Shown one piece after another: positions 9,307 through 19,236 of a stretch of DNA of 64,000 nucleotides. Under the pieces are notes generated by a model. The model worked only from the letters and a program-made list of their open reading frames with translations, searched no databases and was not told where the DNA came from. A program made the position numbers and the translations under genes. The first letter of the stretch is position 1; the number at the start of each line of letters is the position of its first letter. The DNA comes from Promethearchaeota archaeon (GTDB lineage: Archaea; Asgardarchaeota; Lokiarchaeia; Sigyniarchaeales; SOKP01): assembly GCA_048939995.1 (NCBI GenBank), contig JBHLOY010000010.1:32001-96000 (forward strand), read 5' to 3'.

Positions 9307-10814
9307 AATGTGAAAGAACTTTAGAAATTTTAGATTCTATTCAGAACAAGACAGATATTATTACTTCTTATGAAGAAATATCAGAATTACTCCAATACAA
9401 TTTAGTTTCAGAATTCCGCTTCAAAGGCTTAACTAAGCATATAGAGCACGATCTTAAAGGATTAAAAGGAGAATATATACAATTGTCATCTCAGATTAGA
9501 GACTCTTATAAAAACTTAGTATCTATGGAAAGTGAGTACAATCGATTATCTGGTATAAAAAAGATTTTCGCTTTTTTTAAAATTGGATTTGGGAGCTCCT
9601 TGAAAAGTGAAATCAAAGAGCTTAAAGTAGTAATTGACAATAAAGACACCAATTTAAAAGATATCAAAAACCAAATTTTGGTTATGAGCTCTCAAAAAGA
9701 AACAGTTGAAAGAGCTACGAAAGTCAATGGAATGAATGTGGTTCTTACACCTCTGGGAGATAATATGATTGATGAAATCAAGGCACGTAGAAGATTTTAC
9801 TTTCGAGAACTCCATGAATTAATAGAAGTAATTCAGCATTTGGATGCAGAATTTACTAAAATTATTACTCAGGTAGGAAATATAATGAGAATTAACAATT
9901 TCTCAGCAATTTGGGCACTTTATTTAATTAATATTGATAGAGCAAACTTAGCTTATCTGATGAATACAATAACTATGAATGAATATAACTATAATACTGC
10001 TCAAGAAAGAATGATGACCTTATCCTTTTACTTATTACAAAATCCAGACATTTATTTGGCAAATTCATATAGAAATGCTCTTCAATTAGAAAATGAACTT
10101 AGATCCCAACTTCAAAGAAATAATCCTCGAAATCAAATACATAATCTACTTGATCGTACTAATTATGCAACTTTAACCGCTGGAAAGGCTATCTCTCTAC
10201 TCGGTAATTTATTCGCAATAAGAGCAGCTAAATTTCCAAATACTTTAAATGAAATTAATAAATATTTGGAAAATCTTCAAATTCTAGTAGAGTTTCACTC
10301 CAACTTACCTATGATAGGGAAAGAAACTATACTTTATGATCATTTAAGGAGCTTTACTAATGAGGAGATGGTACACGTGCTACTCATTTTAGCTCTCTCA
10401 ACTCATTTGGACTCTTATAACTATTTCTTCAAGATAATGGAGGATATTCCCCAAGGAACAAAATTTTTCTCAGCAGTTTGTTCGTTATTCCCGTGGGACC
10501 CAGAGGAGACATGGATGGTTATGCTTCGAGCCCAATCGAATATATTAAAAGCCCAAAGTGCGAAATTTATTCCTGAACTTATCGAATATTCTTTACTTAT
10601 GAGTTTAAATCCTCGGATTTTAACTATAGAAAATGACATTTCACAAGAGGAATTGAAAAGGTGGCAAACACTTTTCATACCTCTTATCCATTTAAGCATT
10701 TATTCATACCTTGAGAGAGATTTGGAAACATACATAAGGAGAAGACCATTAGCATATATAATTGCGCCGCGTTATTTCATTTACTCTTCATTACATTATC
10801 ATGCCATAGGCTAA
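9303..10814 (+). CDS. Coiled-coil/helical protein of unknown function
   Basis: 503 aa; N-terminal heptad-rich region; ATGA overlap with the upstream gene. Confidence 0.75.
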   Translation: MKCERTLEILDSIQNKTDIITSYEEISELLQYNLVSEFRFKGLTKHIEHDLKGLKGEYIQLSSQIRDSYKNLVSMESEYNRLSGIKKIFAFFKIGFGSSLKSEIKELKVVIDNKDTNLKDIKNQILVMSSQKETVERATKVNGMNVVLTPLGDNMIDEIKARRRFYFRELHELIEVIQHLDAEFTKIITQVGNIMRINNFSAIWALYLINIDRANLAYLMNTITMNEYNYNTAQERMMTLSFYLLQNPDIYLANSYRNALQLENELRSQLQRNNPRNQIHNLLDRTNYATLTAGKAISLLGNLFAIRAAKFPNTLNEINKYLENLQILVEFHSNLPMIGKETILYDHLRSFTNEEMVHVLLILALSTHLDSYNYFFKIMEDIPQGTKFFSAVCSLFPWDPEETWMVMLRAQSNILKAQSAKFIPELIEYSLLMSLNPRILTIENDISQEELKRWQTLFIPLIHLSIYSYLERDLETYIRRRPLAYIIAPRYFIYSSLHYHAIG

Positions 10815-10893
10815 ATAAGAGAAAAATCTCTTTTTTATAAATACTTATTTTTTTGATGGTTTTTTTCTTTTATTCCTCTTAAAAAATATTCCA

Positions 10894-11034
10894 TTATTTA
10901 GATATGTAAACCTGAATAATGGCGTTTATGACAATCTTATCAAAACCAGCCATTAAAGCAAAATGAGCTATGCCATAGCCCATAAATCCAGCTCCAACAA
11001 TCATGATATTCTTAATATCATCAATATTGACCAT
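10894..11034 (-). pseudogene. Truncated 3-hydroxyacyl-CoA dehydrogenase N-terminus (46 aa)
   Basis: MVNIDDIKNIMIVGAGFMGYGIAHFALMAGFDKIVIN.. (Rossmann GAGxMGxGIA), then a stop; GAGG RBS upstream. Confidence 0.8.
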
Positions 11035-11124
11035 GTGGATTAACCTCTTATTATTGATTTGATACTTTTTAAGATGAAAATTTATATAAAAAGATTTACA
11101 AAAAAGTAGATCACTGAAAGAAAA

Positions 11125-12792
11125 TCAAATTACTTCTCTCAAAAGGTAATTATCTAGTGAAATATTAAGAGAGTCATAAAAAATAGACATATATTTTTGA
11201 TAAAAATCCATTTTTTTATTCATAATTAAATTTTTATCTTTTGTATCTGGTTTTCCCTTACTCCAAAAAATTTGACCAGAATGATTGAGATCTAAACTGG
11301 TTCCACTTTTTATTATTTCTCCTCCCTTAATAACAAATTCGATTTCCATAAAAGCTTTCTTTAATTGATCATAGTTTTTGGAGGTATCTATTTCATTAAT
11401 ATTGATATTTAAAATATTTAAATCTCCATCTGCATTTAATCCTAAATTTCCTTTAATATTGCCAACACCTAATGATTTTGCAGGGCTAGATCGGCTTATT
11501 ATTATAAACTCATTGAAAGACAATTCCTGATCTTCATTTTCAAGTGGATTATTCTTCAAAAATTCTCGAATCATATTACTCTGGAATTTTTTTCTTGCTT
11601 TCTCACTCATCAACCAAGTAGCAATATTGGGGACATTTTTAATATGAGAATAATTTGGAAAGTTAAAGGAAAGTTGTATCTGCCATTTATTTTTTATATT
11701 AAGTGCCAAATTAACAGCATTTGCCCAGAATATGCAGGAATCCTTATCATTATTATCAAAAGTTCTAAAAGTCGAAAATGAATCCCCCTCTGATTCAACA
11801 GCCATGGTTATTAGCTGAAATGGTGATGTTGAAAAATCAAAAGAGTTGATTAATCTTCTATCACTCGTAATTAATGGATTAATAGGGTCAAATCCTAAAA
11901 TTCCAAGATCTAAACAAAAATCTTTGTTATTGTTATAAAAATTAATCAGATTAGATATATCACCATCATTATTATAAGTGGAAGCATGAGCGAGGTGAAA
12001 TATCTGTGTCCGTTTAATATCCATATTATTTTTTGGGTTTGGTTGTAAGTTTAAGTCCTTGATTTTTTTTAAAACTATGAATAGGTTCTCCTTAGCATTT
12101 TCTTGTTCATATCCTTCAATATGAGCATGAATTGAATGAGGTAATCCTAGAAACTCATTATACTTAACCATTTTTTCGTATACATCAATTGCGGAAAAAT
12201 TATATAATCGTCCTTTAACATTTACAGATTTTCTTAACTTTTGAAAGTTCCAACTTTCTGCTTCAAAAGGATTATAAATCTTAAAACCAAATCCTTTTGT
12301 TTTGTATAATAGGTCTGAAAGAAAACATGAAGCTTGTTCAGCCATTTCTCGTTGATATTCTAATTCTAAAGCCCAAAAGTTACTGACGTTTAATAACATA
12401 GCTTTATCTAGCACTGGTAGCCGTTGAAAGTTAAAGAGAGTATGTTTTGACAATGAGGGATATACATTTGCTTCTACAATGAATGTATAACCGTTGACTA
12501 CATAATCTTTAGCAATGTGTTCTAACTTTAAACTATTCCAGTAATCTTGAAAGCTTTTATTATTCTTTCCTAATAGTCGCACCCAGTTAACTTGTTGGGA
12601 TGCAATATGTGAATGAATATCTATTCCTGATGGAATAATAGTTTTATTTTTAGCATTTATTTCCTTTACATTTTTTACATTTGAGAACTTTTCTACAATT
12701 TTAGTATCTTCTATTAAGATATCTTTTATTTCACCTTCAATATTGTTGATAGGATCGAAGACTATCCCATTTTTAATGATTATCTTAGACAT
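11125..12792 (-). CDS. fwdA: Formylmethanofuran dehydrogenase subunit A-like amidohydrolase (divergent)
   Basis: IIKNGIVFDPIN, IDIHSHIA, GFKIYNP, LGLPHSIHAH, KGNLGLNADGD; operon context. Confidence 0.85.
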   Translation of the reverse strand: MSKIIIKNGIVFDPINNIEGEIKDILIEDTKIVEKFSNVKNVKEINAKNKTIIPSGIDIHSHIASQQVNWVRLLGKNNKSFQDYWNSLKLEHIAKDYVVNGYTFIVEANVYPSLSKHTLFNFQRLPVLDKAMLLNVSNFWALELEYQREMAEQASCFLSDLLYKTKGFGFKIYNPFEAESWNFQKLRKSVNVKGRLYNFSAIDVYEKMVKYNEFLGLPHSIHAHIEGYEQENAKENLFIVLKKIKDLNLQPNPKNNMDIKRTQIFHLAHASTYNNDGDISNLINFYNNNKDFCLDLGILGFDPINPLITSDRRLINSFDFSTSPFQLITMAVESEGDSFSTFRTFDNNDKDSCIFWANAVNLALNIKNKWQIQLSFNFPNYSHIKNVPNIATWLMSEKARKKFQSNMIREFLKNNPLENEDQELSFNEFIIISRSSPAKSLGVGNIKGNLGLNADGDLNILNININEIDTSKNYDQLKKAFMEIEFVIKGGEIIKSGTSLDLNHSGQIFWSKGKPDTKDKNLIMNKKMDFYQKYMSIFYDSLNISLDNYLLREVI

Positions 12793-12796
12793 GGAG

Positions 12797-13195
12797 TCAG
12801 CCCTCCTTAATTTTTTGAATAATAGTGTCGAAACTAGTTATAGGTTCCTCAGTTGGCACTACGTTTACAATAATATTTTTATACTTTAATTCTAAATTTT
12901 CAATACCCGTTATCTGATTTGACCAAATTGAATTTGGCATTAGAATAGTACCTTGAGTCACGTTTTCATGCTCTAATCCTTTTACGATTACTTCTCCAAA
13001 TTTACTAGAAATTTTTAAATGTGGTTTACTGCCCAGATTAATCTTTCCTAAGTCTGTTGGATTAAGAAATGTAATAGCTAAATTATCTTTCAAAGATGTT
13101 TTATCACCAAAAGCATACTCTTTTGCCTGATCATTTTCCATCCTTCTTACAGTATTCAAAATTAATTCCACTTTAATTACCCCCTTAACTTTCAA
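12797..13195 (-). CDS. fwdD: Formylmethanofuran dehydrogenase subunit D-like (molybdopterin dinucleotide-binding)
   Basis: LNPTD..KI, SKFGEVIVK, GTILMPNSIWSN; lies between the fwdB and fwdA homologues. Confidence 0.75.
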   Translation of the reverse strand: MKVKGVIKVELILNTVRRMENDQAKEYAFGDKTSLKDNLAITFLNPTDLGKINLGSKPHLKISSKFGEVIVKGLEHENVTQGTILMPNSIWSNQITGIENLELKYKNIIVNVVPTEEPITSFDTIIQKIKEG

Positions 13196-14480
13196 GTTTT
13201 TGAATTATTTGAATTATTACTTCCTCATCAGTCAGCACTTTGCTAGGAGGATTTATTATCTTTTTCAATTCAAGGGGAACATGATCTAATCTATATGCTA
13301 AACCACTGCATTCAATTCCAGTTATTGCTGTTGGCAATATAACATTTGCTAAGTTTGCTGTAGCAGTATTATGATTGTCTATTAATATTATAGGTTTCTT
13401 AGCTAATTTTGAACTTAAGCTTCTAGGAAAATGTGAGATGGGGTCTGTTCCAAAAAATATCGAGCAATCAAAATCACCTTTTTCGATTTTTGAAATAAGA
13501 GTGTCATTAGTATCGATAAGTTCATTATCCTTGAACTGTAAATTTCCATTCTTTCCATACATAGATAGAGCCACTTCATCAAATCCAGCCATATTAAAAT
13601 GCCCTCCCATCATAATAAGAGCGATTCTCCCTCTTTCTTGTTTTGAGTTCACCATTTGAAGTAATTCGAGTAACTCTGATATTATATTCGAATTTTTCTG
13701 AGGAGTTAATATCCCTTGACCTACAAATACAACCCCATATTCTGTTCCACTTAGATGCTGCAATAATCTTTTCATATCTTCTTTATCTAAACCAGCTACA
13801 CCTCCAGAAGGAATACTATCGGTTGCGCAACATTCTTCCTTTAAAGCTTTAATTAAATCCAAATCCTTTCCTGGAGTAATTCTTAATGCAATATCTCTTA
13901 CACCCATAGTATTAAAAGAAGCCGTCTTGATAGGATCAATTATAATAAGGGTCTTTATTTCCCTTCCAGTCATTCGAAATTTTCCTCTTGAAAATAATAC
14001 CTTGTTTAAAAGGCGAGGAATTGATTCAGCTGCGTTAGAACCCCATAAAATAATTAAGTCAGCTTTATTGATTGCTTCTGTTATCGTTGTTAATGTCATT
14101 CCTGTACTTATACCGCTCTCTAACACTTTTCCTTGACAAATCGAGGAATTTGAATCAATAAATCCATTCGTTAACTTAGCTAATTCTAAACCCTTAATTT
14201 GAGCTTCACAACTCGAATTTGAAAAGCCATACAACAATAACTTTTTTGAATCTTTAATTAACTCAACCGTTTTTTGTAAAGCCTCATCCCAAGATACATT
14301 TTGAAATTCTGAATTTTGGCGAATAATAGGACGTAAGATCCTATTTTGAGAGGTGATAAGATCAAATTTCTCTTTTCCTTTAAGACAAGCACCCATAACT
14401 TCATCAATATAAATTCCATCAGTTTTCACAATTATATCATCACATAATAACGAACATCCAGAACAAATGAACCTTTTCAT
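13185..14480 (-). CDS. fwdB: Formylmethanofuran dehydrogenase subunit B-like (divergent)
   Basis: CSGCSLLCDD...C Fe-S motif, NKADLIILWGSN, GHFNMAG, GIECSGLAYRLDHVP. Confidence 0.9.
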   Translation of the reverse strand: MKRFICSGCSLLCDDIIVKTDGIYIDEVMGACLKGKEKFDLITSQNRILRPIIRQNSEFQNVSWDEALQKTVELIKDSKKLLLYGFSNSSCEAQIKGLELAKLTNGFIDSNSSICQGKVLESGISTGMTLTTITEAINKADLIILWGSNAAESIPRLLNKVLFSRGKFRMTGREIKTLIIIDPIKTASFNTMGVRDIALRITPGKDLDLIKALKEECCATDSIPSGGVAGLDKEDMKRLLQHLSGTEYGVVFVGQGILTPQKNSNIISELLELLQMVNSKQERGRIALIMMGGHFNMAGFDEVALSMYGKNGNLQFKDNELIDTNDTLISKIEKGDFDCSIFFGTDPISHFPRSLSSKLAKKPIILIDNHNTATANLANVILPTAITGIECSGLAYRLDHVPLELKKIINPPSKVLTDEEVIIQIIQKLES

Positions 14481-14506
14481 AATTTCCCACTAAAATTATT
14501 TAAAAA

Positions 14507-15001
14507 CTAAACATATTCTATTTTGATAGCTTCACGAGGACAGTAGGTTTCACAAACTCGACATTCTCTTTCTCTACCCTCTGCTTCAATCCTACGGCAG
14601 AATTTTAATTCAAGTAATTCACATTTTCCCCCTTTCACTTGAAAGAGCTGATGCTTTTCTGGAGGATAATCTGGTGCTTTCCCACTTAATGTTGGAGGGC
14701 AATATCTTGCATTAACCGGACAAACAGAAACGCATATTCCGCATCCATCACATAAATCGGAATCTACATTTATCCTTAACTCTTTTAATTGTCCTTCTTC
14801 AGAACCTAATAATTCTTTTAAGGTATTATATTGTTTTTTATATTTTGGTTCCAATAGCGGTGTGCAATCGTCAACTTTTACTTTGCCTTGCAACAAATCT
14901 AAAGCAAAAGCCATACAAGTCGGCTTTCCACATAGTTTGCAATTAGTCTTTGGTAAATATTTGTATAGTTCCATGAAATTCTGAACAGGAATGAAACCCA
15001 C
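14507..15001 (-). CDS. Fe-S cluster domain + 2x[4Fe-4S] ferredoxin (FwdG-like)
   Basis: LPKTNCKLCGKPTCMAFA domain; CDGCGICVSVCP; CRVCETYCP. Confidence 0.8.
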   Translation of the reverse strand: MGFIPVQNFMELYKYLPKTNCKLCGKPTCMAFALDLLQGKVKVDDCTPLLEPKYKKQYNTLKELLGSEEGQLKELRINVDSDLCDGCGICVSVCPVNARYCPPTLSGKAPDYPPEKHQLFQVKGGKCELLELKFCRRIEAEGRERECRVCETYCPREAIKIEYV

Positions 15002-15132
15002 CTATTTATGTCTAATTAAATTTCTCTTTCTCTGAGTTATAATTATTAAATATTTTATTAATCTCTTTAGATTATTGATTATAAATTACGAGTTTTAAGC
15101 TCTTATTTTAAGAAAGATATGCCTTTAGTAAA

Positions 15133-16056
15133 TTAATGATGATTCCAGATTTGATTTTTGAGATTCCTATAGATTTCTTTAATACTTTTGCTGGCAGGGG
15201 ATTCGGGGGCGTATATAACAACAGGTTCGGCATAGGACATAGCTTCTGGAATGGATAAATCAAAATCAATACTACCTAGAATATTATATCTTGTTTTTTC
15301 TATGTATTTCTTAAATTTTTCTTGAAAGGAACTCTCTAAATCTGCTTTATTAATTACTATACCAAAATTAATCTTAAATTGTAATACCATATCTATAGCT
15401 CTCATTAGATCGTGTAAACCAGAAGGTGTAGGTTCTGTAACGGTAATAGCATAATCTACTCCTGAAATAGCAGATATTACAGGACAACCAATACCTGGAG
15501 GGCCATCGATGAAAATTATATCTGAATTTTGAAATTCTGGTAAATTTTGAGCAAATTTTTTTACATCAGCGACCAATTTCCCAGAAGTAGTGCTTCCTAG
15601 TCTGGTTTTGCCATAGACTAATGGAAATTTGTTTTTTGTCATATAAGATACTATCTCACCACTTTTAACGGTATTGATTGTAAATGCATGTTTAGAACAT
15701 AATGTTTTACAAGCACCGCATCCTTCGCATGCAAGATAATTTATTTCAGGTATTTCTTCTTCTTCAATCCAACTTAATGCATTAAACTCACAAAAATGAT
15801 TATCTATACATTCTCTGCAATGTATACATAATTCCTCTGATAAATTTGCTTTAAGAGTGGTAAAAACATCTTCAGAATGAATTTTCTGGTGCTCTCCAGG
15901 ATTTAAAATTATTGATAAATTTGGAGCATCAACATCACAATCAAGCACTATAGGATCGATGTTATCATTGCCGGCAAGAATGCTTAAAGATGCAGTTAGA
16001 GAGGTCTTTCCAACACCTCCTTTTCCCGAAATTATAGCTATCGATTTTCTAATCAT
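15133..16056 (-). CDS. MinD-superfamily P-loop ATPase with inserted ferredoxin (COG1149)
   Basis: SGKGGVGKT, DCDVDAPNL, CEGCGAC, DGPPGIGCPV, VTEPTPSGLHDL. Confidence 0.92.
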   Translation of the reverse strand: MIRKSIAIISGKGGVGKTSLTASLSILAGNDNIDPIVLDCDVDAPNLSIILNPGEHQKIHSEDVFTTLKANLSEELCIHCRECIDNHFCEFNALSWIEEEEIPEINYLACEGCGACKTLCSKHAFTINTVKSGEIVSYMTKNKFPLVYGKTRLGSTTSGKLVADVKKFAQNLPEFQNSDIIFIDGPPGIGCPVISAISGVDYAITVTEPTPSGLHDLMRAIDMVLQFKINFGIVINKADLESSFQEKFKKYIEKTRYNILGSIDFDLSIPEAMSYAEPVVIYAPESPASKSIKEIYRNLKNQIWNHH

Positions 16057-17003
16057 GCTTTTATCTCACTCCATTTAATCAGATTTTTGTAAATCCGCAT
16101 AAAAGCTTTATATCCCTCACCACTTTTATTAAAAGAATTATCACCCATTAATGGCGTTCCTTCGCAATAAGATTGAACAATATCTTTATCTAAGGGTATA
16201 TCACCTAGGAGTTGAATGTTACTTTCCTTTAATTCATCAAAAAATTCCTGTTTAAAGCCTAATAGATTAGATCTATTTACTATCACTTTAAATTGTTTTT
16301 TAAGAAGTTTAATTAAATCAATAATTCTAAATAAATCTAATTGACCAAACTTGGTTGGTTCTGTAACTGGAATTATGTAATCGGCATGTTGAATTAGTTC
16401 TTCAACATCACAATGAGCTCCAGGAGCAGTGTCAAAAATAATAATGTCATATTTACTAGGATTATCATCTAAGATAATATCTAATTTTTCCATCAAAGCT
16501 TTTACAATAACAGCTGATCGCGCTTCTGATGGAATTAATTCACCAATTAACAAATCAATATTTTTAATTTGGGTTTTATAGAGATTACCAATGATTCTTG
16601 AATCTGCTATTATAGCTTTAGGAGGACAAATTTTATAACATAATTTACAACCTGAACAAAGATTTAAAACGGGAATTGGAACTGCATCCTTTATATATAA
16701 TAAAGCGTGAGAAAGACAATTCTCAGCACATAACCCACATTTGGTGCACCTTTCCTCATCAATTTTTGGGACAAAAAAAGGTACCTCTTCTCCATCTTCA
16801 AGTTTTCCATTCAATAATAAATAAGAATTAGGATTTTCAACATCTCCATCTATTAAGAGTACCTTAAATCCTTCATTTCTATACATTACTGCTAAATTCA
16901 CAGCAACTAAAGTTTTTCCCGTACCTCCCTTTCCACCTGTAATGCAAATGATTTTTTGTCTTTTTGGCATAATTTTAGACCAAGGAGTTGAACTATGATT
17001 CAT
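16053..17003 (-). CDS. MinD-superfamily P-loop ATPase with inserted ferredoxin (COG1149), paralogue
   Basis: GGKGGTGKT, CTKCGLC, CSGCKLC, VTEPTKFG. True start is probably the ATG of MPKRQK. Confidence 0.92.
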   Translation of the reverse strand: MNHSSTPWSKIMPKRQKIICITGGKGGTGKTLVAVNLAVMYRNEGFKVLLIDGDVENPNSYLLLNGKLEDGEEVPFFVPKIDEERCTKCGLCAENCLSHALLYIKDAVPIPVLNLCSGCKLCYKICPPKAIIADSRIIGNLYKTQIKNIDLLIGELIPSEARSAVIVKALMEKLDIILDDNPSKYDIIIFDTAPGAHCDVEELIQHADYIIPVTEPTKFGQLDLFRIIDLIKLLKKQFKVIVNRSNLLGFKQEFFDELKESNIQLLGDIPLDKDIVQSYCEGTPLMGDNSFNKSGEGYKAFMRIYKNLIKWSEIKA

Positions 17004-17008
17004 TTTAC

Positions 17009-17452
17009 CTAAAATTGGCCTCGATTTTGACGTCCCATTCCACGACCGCCTCCCATACCTCCGCCTTGACCCATTCCATGATGTGATGAAACATTAGCAG
17101 AGGTTATCAATTGTAATTTCTTCTCTGAATACAATTGAATTACTTCTTTCACCGTTATCGGGCGATCTGGTGCTTGGTATATTTTCAGGTTCAAAGAGTT
17201 TAACGCTTGAGCCGCATTAGGACCTAAAAAGCCTACTATTACCTCTTTAGCTCCATTATTGCCAATTATTTGAACAGCTTGTACTCCAGCTCCCCCCATT
17301 GCTTCTGAAGCATGATTTGGGACAGTTCTTACTTCCTGTATATTATTATCTTTAATTGTCACAAAAGTAAAACTTGGGCATCGTCCAAACCTAGCATTCA
17401 TTTGTTCGTTCATTCCACCATTACCATTTGAAGGTACAGCAACTATAACCAT
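17009..17452 (-). CDS. NifB/NifX-family (COG1433) protein with Gly/Met/Arg tail
   Basis: RFGRCPSF, GGAGVQA, GPNA, C-terminal GMGQGGGMGGGRGMGR. Confidence 0.92.
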   Translation of the reverse strand: MVIVAVPSNGNGGMNEQMNARFGRCPSFTFVTIKDNNIQEVRTVPNHASEAMGGAGVQAVQIIGNNGAKEVIVGFLGPNAAQALNSLNLKIYQAPDRPITVKEVIQLYSEKKLQLITSANVSSHHGMGQGGGMGGGRGMGRQNRGQF

Positions 17453-17505
17453 TTTTTTATCAACCTCACTTAACTTTAATTAATATAATAATACAAGTAA
17501 TTATC

Positions 17506-17925
17506 TCAATGGTGATGATGTTCATGAAAATCATCAGCCTCAGTATGAACTTTTTCAACACCATATCCTTTTCCTCCTCCGGGAGAACAAAGACTTTCGC
17601 CACCCATAGTCTTAATTTCACCAGCTAAAATTCTTTCAATAACAGTCTCAATATCTCCCTCGACCCCCACAATTACATTTATACCGTACTGTTCAAAAAA
17701 ATGTCTAGCCCTATGCCCCATTCCTCCTGCAATAATATATTCTGCTCCGTGTTTATTTACAAATTCAGGTATACTACTTACTTCATGCCCCGGATTCGTG
17801 AATTCTTCTTTATTGACTAACTTATCATTCTCAATAGTCAGGAAAGTAAATGTTGGAGCTCTTCCAAAATGAGGACTAACTTTATTAGAATCAGTACTTA
17901 TAGCTATTTTCATATAATTTTTCAA
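17506..17925 (-). CDS. NifB/NifX-family protein with His-rich tail
   Basis: VSPHFGRAP, IIAGGMG, C-terminal HEHHHH. Confidence 0.9.
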   Translation of the reverse strand: MKNYMKIAISTDSNKVSPHFGRAPTFTFLTIENDKLVNKEEFTNPGHEVSSIPEFVNKHGAEYIIAGGMGHRARHFFEQYGINVIVGVEGDIETVIERILAGEIKTMGGESLCSPGGGKGYGVEKVHTEADDFHEHHHH

Positions 17926-17951
17926 CCTTTTTTAAATAAATTTTAACATTT

Positions 17952-18311
17952 TTAATGACCTTTACACATTGGTCCTTTTAAAGGATCTAATCTGTTTTGT
18001 AATAAAAATTCAATATTGTCCTTCAATGAACCATTTATACCTTTAAATAAATTTATATTATATTGAATAAACCCCATATAAGGTCTACCACCAATTCCAC
18101 CAACAATCATATCGGTTACATTTTGTCTAACCATATTAATAACCGGTTCCATACATCCAAAATGCCCATTATTTTGGAGTGAAAAAATTTTTCGATAATT
18201 GTTATTTTTATCGACTTCAATACCAATAAAATAATTACAATGGCCAAAGTGCTCCGATATGGGATCTCTTAATTCAGTTCCATCAGAAGGAATTGCAATT
18301 AGTCTTTTCAT
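17952..18311 (-). CDS. NifB/NifX-family protein
   Basis: ISEHFGHCNYF, HFGC, VGGIGGRP. Confidence 0.9.
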   Translation of the reverse strand: MKRLIAIPSDGTELRDPISEHFGHCNYFIGIEVDKNNNYRKIFSLQNNGHFGCMEPVINMVRQNVTDMIVGGIGGRPYMGFIQYNINLFKGINGSLKDNIEFLLQNRLDPLKGPMCKGH

Positions 18312-18346
18312 ATCATTTCTATCTAGTTATTTAATTCTGCTAATAA

Positions 18347-18360
18347 TGAATAATTATTCG
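18347..18360. promoter_or_regulatory. Putative operator YGAAT-N4-ATTCR upstream of the NifX operon
   Basis: TGAATAATTATTCG; the same motif occurs at four other upstream sites. Confidence 0.55.
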
Positions 18361-18516
18361 AAATTACTTTTATGTTATTAAAACCATTATTCCCTTAAAA
18401 ATTTGATGGTAATGATTAAAAGTAGACAGATTTGTTGAAAAAATATTAAGTCAAATTTTAAATACAAAAATTTAAACTATTATGATAGGCTTTAAACGGA
18501 AAAAATCAAACTTTAA

Positions 18517-19059
18517 ATGTCTATTTCAAGAAAAAAAATTTACAAAATTTGCATAGTTGGCGATGGTGGAGTAGGAAAAACTACAATCCTTTACCAATAC
18601 GTAGACGGAAAGTTCATTGAAAATACTCAAATGACAATTGGTATCAACTTTTTTGTAAAAGATATATTTTTAAAAGAATTTAACACTAAAATTATACTTC
18701 AAATATGGGATTTGGGGGGTCAAGAACACTTCAAATCTGTTCGCCCAAGTTTCTACGAGGGTGCAGTAGGCATAATATATACCTATGATTTAACACGAAT
18801 AAATACTTTTACCGATTTAATTGAATGGAAAAAGGAAATTGACAGAGTTCTGAACGGAAAGACTCCAAGTATTTTGATTGGAAACAAATTAGATTTGATT
18901 GATTCTGAGAATCGCAGGATTTTTCCCAAGGATATTCAAAAACTAAGAAAACTTATAGGATTTTCAAATTACTTTGAAACAAGTGCAAAGGAAAATGTCG
19001 GTATAAATAAATTATTTAATAAGATCACAAAAGACATTTATAAGGTTTTAAATAACTAA
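18517..19059 (+). CDS. Rab-like small GTPase
   Basis: GDGGVGKT, TIGINF, WDLGGQEHF, GNKLD, ETSAK; no C-terminal prenylation Cys. Confidence 0.95.
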   Translation: MSISRKKIYKICIVGDGGVGKTTILYQYVDGKFIENTQMTIGINFFVKDIFLKEFNTKIILQIWDLGGQEHFKSVRPSFYEGAVGIIYTYDLTRINTFTDLIEWKKEIDRVLNGKTPSILIGNKLDLIDSENRRIFPKDIQKLRKLIGFSNYFETSAKENVGINKLFNKITKDIYKVLNN

Positions 19060-19236
19060 TATTTAAATTTATCGCGGCTCATATTGCGTTCCACAAGTAT
19101 TTTATGGGCCCTCCTTCTTTAAGTTCTCTCCAAATTTGATTGATAAATATTTGAGCTCTTAGATTTTGGCTATTTTAAAAAAAAGTGTTAAATTTTAAAT
19201 ATGAAAAATAAAACTTATATGCTAGGTTAATACTAA

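Noticed and set aside
13185-14480. Selenocysteine-containing FwdB
   Set aside because: The ligand position is an ordinary Cys codon (ICQG) and the frame is uninterrupted.
17009-18311. Nitrogen fixation genes
   Set aside because: These are stand-alone COG1433 NifB/NifX-family proteins, common in non-diazotrophs; there is no nifHDK in the window.
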